Below the pieces are notes generated by a model. It was given only the letters and a program-made list of their open reading frames with translations, was not told where the DNA came from and made no database searches. This document shows positions 25,151 to 37,017 of a stretch of 64,000 bases of DNA, piece after piece (position 1 is the first letter of the stretch; each line of letters opens with the position of its first letter). This stretch comes from Lophium mytilinum (taxonomy: Eukaryota): the NCBI GenBank assembly GCA_010093605.1, contig MU004199.1:992001-1056000 (forward strand), read 5' to 3'. The position numbers were made by a program, and so were the translations under genes.

Positions 25151-26235
25151 ATGGATTTCTTATCACAGGTCACCGACTCGCTCGGCGTCCACATTGATGC
25201 TGAGTCCATTCTCGGCAAAATTGTACTCTCCACACTTTTGTGCGCGGGGCTCTACACCATCAGCAAGCCTGTACTCAGCTTCGTCCGCGTCTTGTTGAGC
25301 TTGTTCGTCCTTCCCGGTATCCCTGTAGGTATTAGCACTCCAGAACTAGCTGTCGTTCTCTAAACAAGTCATAGCTCTCCAAGTTCGGCCCCAAAGGCTC
25401 TTGGGCCCTCATCACCGGCGCTTCCGACGGCATTGGCAAAGAATACAGCCTCCAACTCGCGAAGAAGGGCTTCAACGTCATCCTAGTCTCACGTACAGAA
25501 TCCAAACTCAATGCCCTCGCAACCGAAATCTCCTCCAAGTATGCTGGCATCCAGACTAAGGTTCTAGCCATGGACTTTGTCCGCAACGACGACATCGATT
25601 ACGGCCGCCTCAAGCATCTAATCAAGGGCCTCGACATCTCCGTACTCATAAATAACGTTGGGCTGAGCCATTCCATTCCGGTCCCTTTCCTGGAGACACC
25701 ACACAAGGAGATGACAGACATCATCATGATCAATTGCTTGGGAACACTACGGGTCACGCAGCTCATTGCTCCAGGCATGGTCCAGCGCAAGAGGGGGCTT
25801 ATTTTGACAATGGCTTCGTTCGCTGGAGTGCTGCCTACACCGCTGCTCGCTACCTACTCCGGCAGCAAAGCATTTTTGCAGCACTGGTCGACAGCCTTAG
25901 GCTCAGAGCTTGCCCCGTCAGGCGTAAGGGTCCAGCTTGTTACCTCATACCTCGTTGCCACGGCAATGTCGAAGATCAGGCGCACATCAGCCACCATTCC
26001 CAGCCCGAAGCAGTTCGTTGCTGCGGCTCTGGGCAAGATTGGCCGTAGCGGCGGATCCCAAGGCATTGGCTTCACAAGCACTCCGTACTGGAGCCATGGT
26101 CTCATGCAATGGGCACTCGCTACATTTGTTGGGACTCTGAATAAGTTCGCTGTGGACCAGAATCGAGGCATGCACGTGGCAATAAGGAAGAGAGCATTGA
26201 AGAAGGCGGAGAGAAACGCCAAGAAGGGGCAGTAA
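25151..26235 (+). CDS. IFA38: Very-long-chain 3-oxoacyl-CoA reductase (SDR); intron 25325-25374
   Basis: [33 protein letters not shown] (YxxxK), [12 protein letters not shown]-terminal KKGQ ER-retrieval-like end. Confidence 0.92.
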
Positions 26236-26656
26236 AAGCAAGCATGCCCGTATGGGGCGGACGAGTCCCATTGCAATACCCCGACATATGAGTACAGAAA
26301 GCACATCATGGCTTCATGTAAAAACTGTAGGGCTAAGGAACGCTTTGCTTTAGTCTTCAGCTTCGAAGCAGGCAGCAAGGTGGAGTCGTGGGGCTGCTAG
26401 CATGCCGAATAATGCTAATCAGAATTACCTTCCAACGTGTTCCTGTCACATGTGCAAAGCTGCCAGGGATCTGCATAGCCGGTTGGTGTTGAGTTTCGGC
26501 CTTCTCACACCGCCCAGGCAGTATTATCGAGGTCTCATGTCATTCGTCAGGCGCACACCTCCGTCACACGAGCTCTCCACTTCCCCCTCTCCTTCGGCAC
26601 TACTCTACTTTCTATAACAACACGCATCTTTCAAATTCCCATGAAATACGGTCAAG

Positions 26657-27779
26657 ATGCCCAGTATTATACGCCCCCGTGTGTTTCTTGAATTTAGTGC
26701 AGGCACGGAGCCGATTGGGCGTCTTGTGGTGGAGCTGTTTGTCGACCAGACACCTAGGACTTGCGAGAAGTAAGCCTCCCACGGTATTTCAGCCCAGATA
26801 ATGGCTGACGGCATCTTCTTTTCCAGCTTCCGTGTTCTATGTACTGGAACCAAGCCTCCCTTAAGCTATAGACAGAGTCCAATTGCCCGAGTAATAGAGA
26901 ACTTCGTGATTCAAGCCGGTGACACAAGCAAAAGCGATGGAACCGGAGGCGTGTCGATATATGGCGATACCTTTGAGGAAGAAAACCTTCTGTGGAAGGA
27001 GATTGATGCTCCAGGCCTTTTTATCATGGCAAATTGGGGCAAGGACACGAACGGCAGTCGGTAAGCAGTGCCTCTATACCAACTTCCTCATTTCCCCCAC
27101 ACACTAAGCAGCCCTCAGATTCTTGATAACACTCGCCCCCTGTCTTCATCTCACCGGCAAGCACACCGTCTTCGGCCATCTGATCTCCGGACAAACCACC
27201 CTCGACCGCATCCTCGAAGTTCCGCGGGAAAAGAACGGTCAACCGACCATTCCCATCCTCATCAGCCATTGCGGAGAGCTTCAACCCCCTCAAGCTCAAA
27301 CTCTAGCCAGCGCCTCCGCAACCACCTCTGAAGACCGCGGCCGCCGTAAACGCCGCCGCTCCACCTCAAGCTCCCCCGCCCGCTCCGAATCCCCATCTCG
27401 GGGCCACCACCGCAGATCTGCGTCCCGCCACCGCCAGCACCACCGCAAGCACCGCCACATCTCCTCTTCGCCGTCTCCTTCGCCTCCCAAACTACGTGAT
27501 CGCCGCCGCAGTGACGCGGAGCTTGACCACAACCTCCGCGGCCGCCCGCGCCAGCGCTCCCGCCATCGCACCCGCTCGCCAATTCTCGAAAGCGCGAGTC
27601 CGAGTCCGGGTCGGTATCGCCGCAAGAGAAGTCAACCGCCGAGTCGACGGAGAGGGAGTAGGGAGGGGAGGAGCCCGGGCCAGAGGCGGCAGCGGAGCTT
27701 GCCGAATATTTACTATGACGAGAGTGGGACGCCGCGGAAGAGGTCGGAGTCGGGTTTTAGAGATGTGATGAAGACTTGA
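26657..27779 (+). CDS. Cyclophilin-type PPIase with Arg/Ser-rich C-terminal tail, 2 introns
   Basis: RPRVFLEF, GRLVVELFVDQTPRTCENF, GTGGVSIYG, MANWGKDTNGS, GKHTVFGH, followed by an RS/SP-rich tail. Confidence 0.88.
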
Positions 27780-28338
27780 GAAGAGGAAGTGTTAAGGAGA
27801 TGGAGGCGTTCTTGTTATCGGAAGGGCGACTTTTGTGCTTTTGGTAGTTCAGATACCCAGATTTTATTATGTCGGTTTACTGGCATACGCACGTGCGAAA
27901 TGTAATGCTGTCGGGGGTGCCTCGGTGACTTCTGAGTGGTCGACTTGTGATGAGTTTTTGAAGTCCTGGTGGAATCCAGGCGCTGGAAACGCGTTCGCGA
28001 TCTGCGTCTGGTTCGCGCTCTTCAATCCACGACATTCCTACTAACTTCTTATGAACATACAGGGTCCTCCCACCGACGACGAATACCTGTCAAAATTTTC
28101 TAGCTTGTTGTCTGATAGCCGTTATGGAGCCTCAAACATAGCCTTTGACCTTTCTAGGATAGGTGGAGCCAGTCATACTGCGTCAAGCGCCTAGAAAAGA
28201 TGGCAGTAGAGACACGCTTTTTGGACGTTCAGGGATGTCGACGCTTTCCGTGTAAAGAAGAGTGTTGGAAGTAAGCGCCTATTTACGTACCGAATGTTTT
28301 ATACTTGCTTTCAATCGGGAGTAACAAGGGCTTAATGA

Positions 28339-28470
28339 GGAGTAATGGGAGTAATGGGAGTAATGGGAGTAATGGGAGTAATGGGAGTAATGGGAGTAAT
28401 GGGAGTAATGGGAGTAATGGGAGTAATGGGAGTAATGGGAGTAATGGGAGTAATGGGAGTAATGGGAGTA
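28339..28470 (+). repeat. Perfect 9-bp minisatellite (GGAGTAATG), about 14.5 copies
   Basis: Directly visible tandem array just 3' of the LrgB-like gene. Confidence 0.98.
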
Positions 28471-28539
28471 GGCGTAACTGAGAGGTGTGTAAAAGAGATC
28501 TATTCTGCTACGCATCTTAGACCTCCAGCCAGACATAAC

Positions 28540-30484
28540 TTATCCCTCCACCCCGGCCAGCCTCGCCACAACTCTAACGACTACAGGCACGGATGTCAAC
28601 GCTACAGTGACCGTCCCGAACAAGCTCATTGACAGGCTCGAGAACGCTGCCGCGCGTGGATCGGACGCGAGAAGTAGCGCGGTCGCCATGGCGGACGAGT
28701 TCGCACCGAGCGTCACGCCTCTCGTGATGTAATCATCTACCCACATACGTATTAGCTCTTCTCCTGTCCTTTCGACACGACCAATGCTCATCATTTACCA
28801 TCAGGTATCCTCATGATCCTCAGCATTGCCGGCCCAAGCAAGACACCTAGGATGCCCGATACTATACACAGCACCGCGACTAAGCTGAGGTCTCCGCCTA
28901 GGTTTGCGGTTGCGGGTTGTGCGAGGGCGAGGGTGAGGCTGCGCGAGGCGAAGGAGAGAGAGCGGGTGGGGGCAATGCCGAGGGCATGGCAGAGGGGTGG
29001 GTAGCTGAAGAGGGAGGCGAGGGCGAGGAGGGTATTAGGAAGGAGGATGGGGAGGAACTGTATTCGGGGCGTTAGGACAGGTTCTGCTCACAATGGAAGA
29101 AAGAAGATAATTAAGATTTGAAGAGCGAAGGACTGAAAAAAGTCTCACGTGTCTGCGAAGTTCGTGCCGGTATTGGAACATTGGTAGCGCGAGTGCAACA
29201 ATACTGACATCGAGTATCGTGCCGAAGAGATCACCAGCGCCAGGGCGCGGAAGATTAGCCTTGCCCTGCCATAGTTGCGTGTACTTCGTGCCTGTTTTGT
29301 AGGCATGCAGCGCGTGCGTCAAACTATCGCCACGGATAAGCGCGAAGATCCAAATACCGAGGACAGTAATAAGAGATGAGACTAAGACGGGATGGAGGAA
29401 ACGGCGCCATTTAGCTGGTAGCTTCAAGGCGATGAAGTAGGCGATGATATTGAAGGAGAGCTGAATTGGCATCGCGTAGCTGGTACTATAATAGATTGGA
29501 ACGCCTATAAAGACAAAGATGGCGATATAGGATAGGGTGTCTAGATGTACATTGATGAAGGCGGCCCATTTTTGGGCGCGTGTTAGTGGGACTGGATCCT
29601 GACGAATTGCAGTGCTAGACTCCTGGGGTAGCATTGGAGTTGCTTCCGGAGGCCCTCCTGTTCCTGTGATCTGACTAGGGTCTTGAGCTCGAAGAGGCGC
29701 CTGGAGTCCTTCGATCGGTGATGACAGGGATAGTACAGATGGAGCTACCGAAGGAGGCTCCGTGGAAGGCTCTGAGGGGCTCCGGCTATGTGTAAGTGGT
29801 ATGTCCTCTCCGCGTGTACCTAGTTCTTCAGCTCTTTCTGTCATTGCTCGTTTCGAAGTCCCGAGAATGTATTGGAGGCCTCGAACTAAGTAGGCTGTGA
29901 ACGCTGTCATGGCGAAGTAGCCGATCACTGGAGAAAGACTCAGTATTTGTTGAACTCCCGGGTTAGGGATACTGACCAAACACTCCTATGATCTTCGCTA
30001 TCTCAATGCCTCCAATTGGGGAACTTAAAGGCAACAATATGAATGAAGGAGAGAAAAGAATATTAATGTAGCGGAGAGCGAAACCTCCCTAAGACGAATA
30101 AGCAAGCATAACGCAGTCACTATATGAGAGGAAGCATACTGGCACATCTACTAAATTCACGACGCGTTTGATCTTTCTATCCCCCAACAGTGACTCGCAG
30201 ATAATCAAGGCAAAGAAGAGTATTATCATACACGCGACTGATGCGGGAAAGGAGACGGAACTTAGACCGATAAGGGATTCTACTCCAAAACATGCAAGAA
30301 GAACAATAAGAACACCAGCTGGCACGTAGATCCAGGCTGCGATCATTCGATGCCCTGATGAACGAGCAACCTGTTGACCAATAGGAAATTAGATTCTACT
30401 TATGAATGAAAGAAGGCATTACGGTACCAGCAGGGCTGCTGTCGCAGCATCTTTAACTACACTTGGTTGTCTAGTAGCTGGCAT
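28540..30484 (-). CDS. LrgA/LrgB-like (PLGG1-type) multi-pass membrane protein, multi-exon
   Basis: N-terminal LrgA-like SFPASVACMIILFFAL and INILFSPSFILLP. LrgB-like VALALPMFQYR, LAFASRSLTLALA, RGVTLGANSSAMATALL. Confidence 0.8.
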
Positions 30485-30707
30485 TTGATTAGGTCAACTT
30501 ATGTATTGTTGGAGTCATGGTGCAAGCATATTGCAGAAGTGAAGAGGCCTTGGCCGAGGTCGGGCATCTCGTAAAGTAAGATGACTAAGGCGCGTATCTA
30601 ACCTGAACAAAGCGGGAGAGGCCAAGTATCTCCATCCAACATTCTACACCCCTGACTTCCTCCCCTCCCTCACACCCTCTGTATATCGCTACAGCCTTCC
30701 GTCCACC

Positions 30708-32372
30708 ATGGCGCTCGCCACGAAGAACGAGTCGCAGAAAATCTTCGAGAAATTGAAGCTCAAGCCCGCAAACAAGGTCAGTTTGCCCCTCCACCGCCCA
30801 CCGCATCCCTTTCCGCACGCTGCTGATACCTTGGCTTCTAGATATGTTTCGACTGCGGCGCAAAGAACCCGACATGGTCGTCGGTGCCCTTCGGCATCTA
30901 CCTATGCCTCGACTGCTCGGCAAACCACAGGAACATGGGCGTGCACATCTCGTTTGTGCGGTCAACGAATCTCGACAGTACGTGGAGTGAGATCATACAC
31001 AGAGCAATGGCTTACTCGACCACACAGTCTGGCAATGGGATCAGCTACGGATAATGAAAGTTGGCGGCAATGAGTCGGCCACCAAATATTTCCAAACACA
31101 CGGCGGTTCCGCCGCGCTGAATAGCAAAGATCCCAAGACGAAATACACTTCCAACGCCGCTACCAAATACAAGGAGGAGCTGACGAGAAGATGTGCTGCT
31201 GATGCACGACAGTATGTCTCAGTCACTTTTGGCATATCAACTTCTAACATCCCCTAGATTCCCTGACGAAGTTGTAATAACAGAAGCCACCGACACCCCT
31301 AGCGGTACCAACACCCCCGCGGACAACGAAGATGACTTCTTTTCTTCTTGGGATAAGCCCGCCATCAAACGACCCTCCAACCCGCCCTCACGCACCGGTA
31401 CGCCCCTGAGCGGCTCTCGCACTGGCACTCCCTTCCTCAACGCCCCCGCGAACGGAAACGGCACCGCGCGCCCCAAATCTCCCCTCACCGCCTCATCGGA
31501 TGCCACCCCACGCGCCATTCCCGCCTCCGCGGTCCGCAAAACAACCGCAGGCGCCGCCCCCCGTAAAGCCAATATCCTAGGTGCCAAGAAGACAAAGCTG
31601 GGTGCTAAGAAGCTGACACCCGCGGATGGGGCGCTGGATTTCGAGGCTGCGGAGCGCAAAGCACGCGAAGAGGCCGAACGCATCGAGAAACTGGGATACG
31701 ACCCGGAAGCCGAGAAAGCAGAAGAAGCGGCTAAAGCTGCTAAAGGGAAAGCAGCGGCCGAGAAGGAACTACCTGGCATCGTGAGCCCGACCCCGGTCGC
31801 GCCCGCACGTGGAGGCTTTGGCTCGACGGGCAAGCCGGAGCGCAGCAGTGCTGAGATGGAACGGTTGGGGATGGGTATGGGACGGTTGGGCTTCGGGCAG
31901 GTTGGTGGCGCGAAGCCAGCGCCAGCAGCGGCGAAGAAGATGGGTGGGTTTGGGAGCACGAGCCGTTCTGCTGAGGGTACGATATGACTTTTTCACTTGG
32001 CTGTCTTTAAGAGTATGCTAACAAACTGCAGATGACGCCGAGAAATACGCCCGTCAAAAATTTGGCACGCAGAAATCTATCTCCTCGGACGAGTTCTTCG
32101 GCCGTGCCGCGTACGACCCCTCTACTCAAGCCGCCGCCAAGGCACACCTCTCGAACTTCGAAGGCGCCACCGCCATCTCCTCGAACGCTTACTTCGGCCG
32201 TCCAGAAGACGATGTACCGGAAGACGATTATGGTGATCTGGAGGGCGCGGCCAAGGATTTCGTAAGGAAGTTTGGTGTTACGGCAGGTGATGATTTGGAG
32301 AATCTGACGAGTTTGCTCGGCGAGGGGGCAACGAGGCTGCAAGGGGCTGTCCGGAATTATCTGAATAGTTAG
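30708..32372 (+). CDS. GLO3: ADP-ribosylation factor GAP (Glo3/ArfGAP2-3), multi-exon
   Basis: [59 protein letters not shown], Glo3 motif [11 protein letters not shown]...AISSNAYFG. Confidence 0.95.
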
Positions 32373-32739
32373 GTGGCGAGGCGGTGAAAACTTGTGGCAA
32401 ATGAATAGTAAGCTTAGGAATAAGAAGTCGGTAGACGAAGTCTGGAGGCTTGAGGTCGACCAGAGGGGTTAGGCATGGCATACATGGCGCTCGGGTGCGA
32501 AGGTCATGGATGACGAGCAATGAATGGCTAGTAATTGGTGAAATAGGTATTTATTGTATTAGAGGCTCGGGAAAGCATGCAGCACACGGCAATTCAAAAT
32601 CTACAAACTATCTCTTACTCTCTTTCAAGCTTTCAATTTTTTTATAAGGTGCCCCGGTGTCTTTGGTATCCAGTATATCACGAGCACGCCCCTGCACTCC
32701 TCTTTCCATCATCATCGCACTCCAGCAGTCTGCTTACGT

Positions 32740-35700
32740 CAGTCTGGTCACATGCCCATACCTGACCTTCCTTTCCGACGAGTACAAAAACCTCGCTCGC
32801 TCTTTTTCTAGTCTTCCTTTCTTCATGGTCTCGCAAGGAGACGGGGGTGGATCAGAAGGATAATTTCTGCTGGTTCATGGAGTTGGATCAACTGCAGATG
32901 TGCATATCATCATGTCCTGGTTCTGGGAAGATTAGATTTCAAAATTAGGCACTCATGCCTGCTATGGGAGTGTAGGTGGTGTTAGAACCAGGGATACGAC
33001 ATGTCTCATGGAGTTGGGGTCGTGCTTTGGGCTGAAGTGGGTGTTTCTGGGCCGCGAAGGATTGGCTTGGTGATCAGCATCATTTGTCCGCGATTGTGAA
33101 GGTCGTGATGAAGGGACGATACGTGAATTCAATACACGAATGACTCGCTAACCGCTTTGAGATCAGTCAGTGGGCTAGCACGTGCACCACGTGCCCCCTG
33201 CTGGGAGGTAGGTATAAAATATCCCGCTCAGTTCTCTCTGTCTTCCTTTCTTCGTGGTCTTGCAAGGGGACGGGGTGGGATCAAAAGTATCAAAGGTTCA
33301 ACTTCATGGAATCGGATCAACACTTCGAGTTATTGGCTCACTCCATGGAGTCGGACCCCCCGGATTGATGAGCTTGATTACGTCACAGTGGTGGGAAGAT
33401 GGTAGTCCAAATACCCCATGGTGAGCCTTTATGCTGGGTCTGGAGTTGGCCTGAAGTTGGTGTCGTGGTTAACCTGAATGAGTTTCGAGGATTAGCATCA
33501 TCTATGCTCACTTATGAGGGTCGTGGTGAAGAGACTAGGGGTGAACCTGGCTTAAGAACGAATTAATAGCCGTTTCTAGGATTCATCATGTGGTAAGCAC
33601 GTGCAACACGTGGCCCCTGCTGGAGGGTAGGTATAAAATCTCTCGCCTACTCCTGTCCATCTTTCTTTTTTCATGGTCTTGCAAGGAGACAGAGGTGGAT
33701 AAGAAACGCCCGGGAGAAAATTCCATGTTGTGGAGGTTGGGAACAGTGTTTGTTCCATTCAAAACAAAACGATTCCAAGAGCAATAGAGATGGATTGGGC
33801 GGTGTGCTGAGGGGTATATAACGATTGATGCTCGCCATCATTTCTTTGCGATATCGCAGATTAGCGAAAGAAGGGGGAAGGATGAGACTTGTTTTGTCTA
33901 TCAGAGGAATCGCCACCGCTGTGCGTTCGAAGGCTGATTTCGTGGTCAGCACGTGCACCACGTGCCCCTTACCGAGGACGAGGTATAAAATCTCCCGCTC
34001 ACTCCTCAAGAACCGGCTTTCCTTCTTCACAGTCTTGCAAGGAGACGGGGGTGGGATTAAAACCGACACAATAGCATACTATGGGCGAGAGCTACAAAAC
34101 CATGGCTAACCCGAGTCAAATGTGCTGGAGGGCGGGATTCTTTCTCTCATGGAGGGCTAGAGAGTAGAATCAAAAAGTGGATCGTGATGAAGTGATGAGC
34201 GAGAGCTGCAAAACGGATCTACGACACCGCTCATGCGGTGGGGACTGGGACGATCAATCGGAGTCGAAATTCGGAGCGATAGGAGTGGTCGAGGTGTGAA
34301 AAACGGGGTTCAGAAAGCACGATGGAGGTGGATTGGTCGGTGTTCCGGGGGCTTGGTGGTGGTTGATGCTTACCATCATTCTTAGACAGTTCCGAAGAAC
34401 GAAGGAGAAGAAAGAGTGAGTGCGGCCTTACCGCCTAGGAAATTAAGCCGAGAAAACCTCCCTCTGACCTTGGATTTAGGTGCGTCCACGTGTTTCACGT
34501 GGCCCATAACTCGGTCCAGGTATAAAATCTTCCGCTCGGTCCTCGAAACTTAGTTTTCTTCATCAAGGTTTCGCAAGGAGACGGGGATGGATCAAAAATC
34601 ACTAGGGATGTTGGAGGGCGGAGATCAAAGAGTTAAGAAGTCTGAAATCATGGGAGAGTGTGAGTGTGTTCAAAATATCTATGGAACTCGATGTATGGGA
34701 GAGAGCGTGGTGTACAAACTCTTTCTCCATTCTGGCCGATGGAGTCGTGTCCGGCGGAGAGAGGGGGTCTATTCGAGTGCGGTGATGATAGAAACCTTGC
34801 CGGTGTGTTGATTGTGTTTAAGAATGGGATGGGTTCAAGACAGCGTTGCGGAAGGATGGTGATGTGCGATAGAATAGATGGTGGAGATTTAGAAACTCAA
34901 TAATATAAGTAGTGCATGTTTACTTCTAGGGAGGTAGCTTCTGGAGCTCTATAAGATGAATGCTGTATGCTCTATAGCTACCTCCTTTCCTCTTCCCACT
35001 CAATCTCCAGCCTCTATCCTCCTAACAACCTCATCACGCACGAACCACGTGAACACCCCTAAACTAACATATAAAAACATCCCCTATCTCCCTTTCTCTT
35101 CCTTTCTTCAGTCTAGTCTCACACAGAGAAAGCGACGGAGCAAACCCCCCAGGGCCTTCCGGTCATGAATTGCGTGCATTAACCCTACATTCCGCATTAC
35201 GAATGGCGGTGCCAGGAACTCGGGAGCGCAACTCTTCTTCCTCCTCGACCTATGGACCGTGGGTGGTATTACCTGTGGAAATATAACGACGGCATGAGGT
35301 CGGTCGGTGGCTGGTACTCTAGTGTACTTGAATTAGGTTGATTTTCATCGAGTTTGGTTGGTGGTGGAGTGCACTGTCATAGATAAGTGGCTATTGATAG
35401 GATGGGGGTAGAGTAGTGTTGAGTATGGATCGGGCGGTGACAATGTTGGACATTTCAATAGGGGTTCAATTGGAATAGCTTTATGCCGTCGCGTTAGAGC
35501 GAACCTTCGAGGTCTCTCGGGATCATACCTTGCTAGAAGATCTTCCTTCAGGCTTGTCAACACGCAGTCCAGCTTACCATGTACAATCTTCCCTTCTCTC
35601 ACCGCCCTCTCTAATCACGTTATACACACGTGCCCGACGTGCTCCCCCTCCCACATCTTCTATATAAACCCCCCTCCCCACCCCTCAATCTTCCTTCCTC

Positions 35701-36310
35701 AAGTTCTCGCAAGAAGGCAGGGGAGGAGTCAACACACGCGGATCCCTTCCCATGGGGATCAACACCAAAAGCCAATTCTCCCCATGCTGCGGTTGGAGCT
35801 CCGGGGTTTCAAAGTATCCAAAGAAGCCTTGAATGGGAGCGGAGGGGGACTGCAAAAGCTTACTCCGCCGCCCGAAATGGAGTTGGTGGTGTGGGGTTGC
35901 CTGGGCTGGCTGGTGCTCGCCGTCGATGGTTGATGGTGGAGTCTGTCAAAGCCGTGGAGTTGTGGCGTGTGTTAGGTGGAGGTGTTGTTGTGGATCTATA
36001 GGGTGGGAGAGAGGGAGTTAGTATCGGTTGCGCGGTGAAGACGTTGACGCTTCGATGATCGTAGGGTCTTCCCATCCCACTCCTATCAACACACCTCATC
36101 CCTCCCAGTAGCGTCTGGTGACTTTCCACCCCTTATCTCCGTTCCCCCATCCCCTGTCTCCCCATCAGCAGCCAAGCCATGAGCCAGCGCCTGATTACAC
36201 GTGACGCCCCCCCTCCGTCGAGTATAAAACATCCCATCCATCTTCCTCCTCTTCTTCTTTCATTCCATCAAGGCCTCGAATGGAGATAGGAGCGGTTCAA
36301 AAATTGGCAC
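32740..36310 (+). other. Array of eight diverged promoter-plus-hairpin units (candidate ncRNA gene cluster)
   Basis: TATA-type boxes at 32783 (TACAAAA), 33213, 33632, 33984, 34521, 35070, 35661 and 36223. Each is preceded by CACGTG-type box(es) and followed by a pyrimidine tract and a GTCTYGCAAGGRGAC-type hairpin. The repetition is directly visible; function is inferred. Confidence 0.8.
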
Positions 36311-37017
36311 ACTCTCACATAATGGGGTATATACCTTCCAACATCATAATCGATGCTGTCTGGGAGGACTTGGGGGTCGGCGAAATCGGCCGGCGAGACC
36401 CGCGATGGGAGTGTCTGGGTGGAAATTGAACATGGCAGAAAGAGAAAGTATGGGGTTTCGGCGGCGTTCAAACTGCGCCAGAGAGCTCGGTGATGGATTT
36501 GAATTTGCAGGGCGAGACGCTAGCTTGTTGTTCATCGTTTATGGTTGGTGGTGGTGGCGGCTGTAGATCAAGCTTGATGCTTGCTAGTATAAGGTAAAGG
36601 AGACAGTGAAGAAACTTAGAGTGAGGGAATGACAGTTAGCTTTGCTTGAAAGCGTTGAAGATCATGACTGAGACAATATTTAGACGTGATCCAGCAATGA
36701 GTAGACAAATGCAAGATCCAATCCATTTTAAGATGTCTCTAGATGCAAATACGCGTTTCAACCCACCCCAAATGGTTTCCAGAGCTTTTTCTGTCCCTCT
36801 TGTTTTGATAAGAAAGGTGATAAGAAGTCTTCGTCAATACATGCTCAACGCCCAAGCCGAAATCGATACCTAACATGTGAACAGAGACGCCAAACGCCAC
36901 ATATCCCCTGCTTACAAGTCCTTTTTGTGCCAGGTTTTCAAAATTGCAGCCCGCGCTAGTATGTACGAGTTAGGGAGCTCGACTGCACGCTCCACTGCTC
37001 TGTGATAGTGAAATCGC

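Noticed and set aside
28279..28632. ORFs with (SHY)n / (MGV)n repeats
   Set aside because: Simple translations of the 9-bp minisatellite.
34190..34216. Hammerhead-like TGATGAGC-GAGA-GC...AAAC in array unit 4
   Set aside because: Lacks the CUGAUGA and GAAA core and flanking stems; not present in other units.
32740..36310. Array as a CRISPR locus or as a repeated peptide gene (minus-strand PPSPCKT.KK ORFs, plus-strand MVSQGDGGG)
   Set aside because: Eukaryotic context, no cas genes, units far too long and degenerate for CRISPR. ATGs and frames are not conserved between units, and indels are not multiples of 3.
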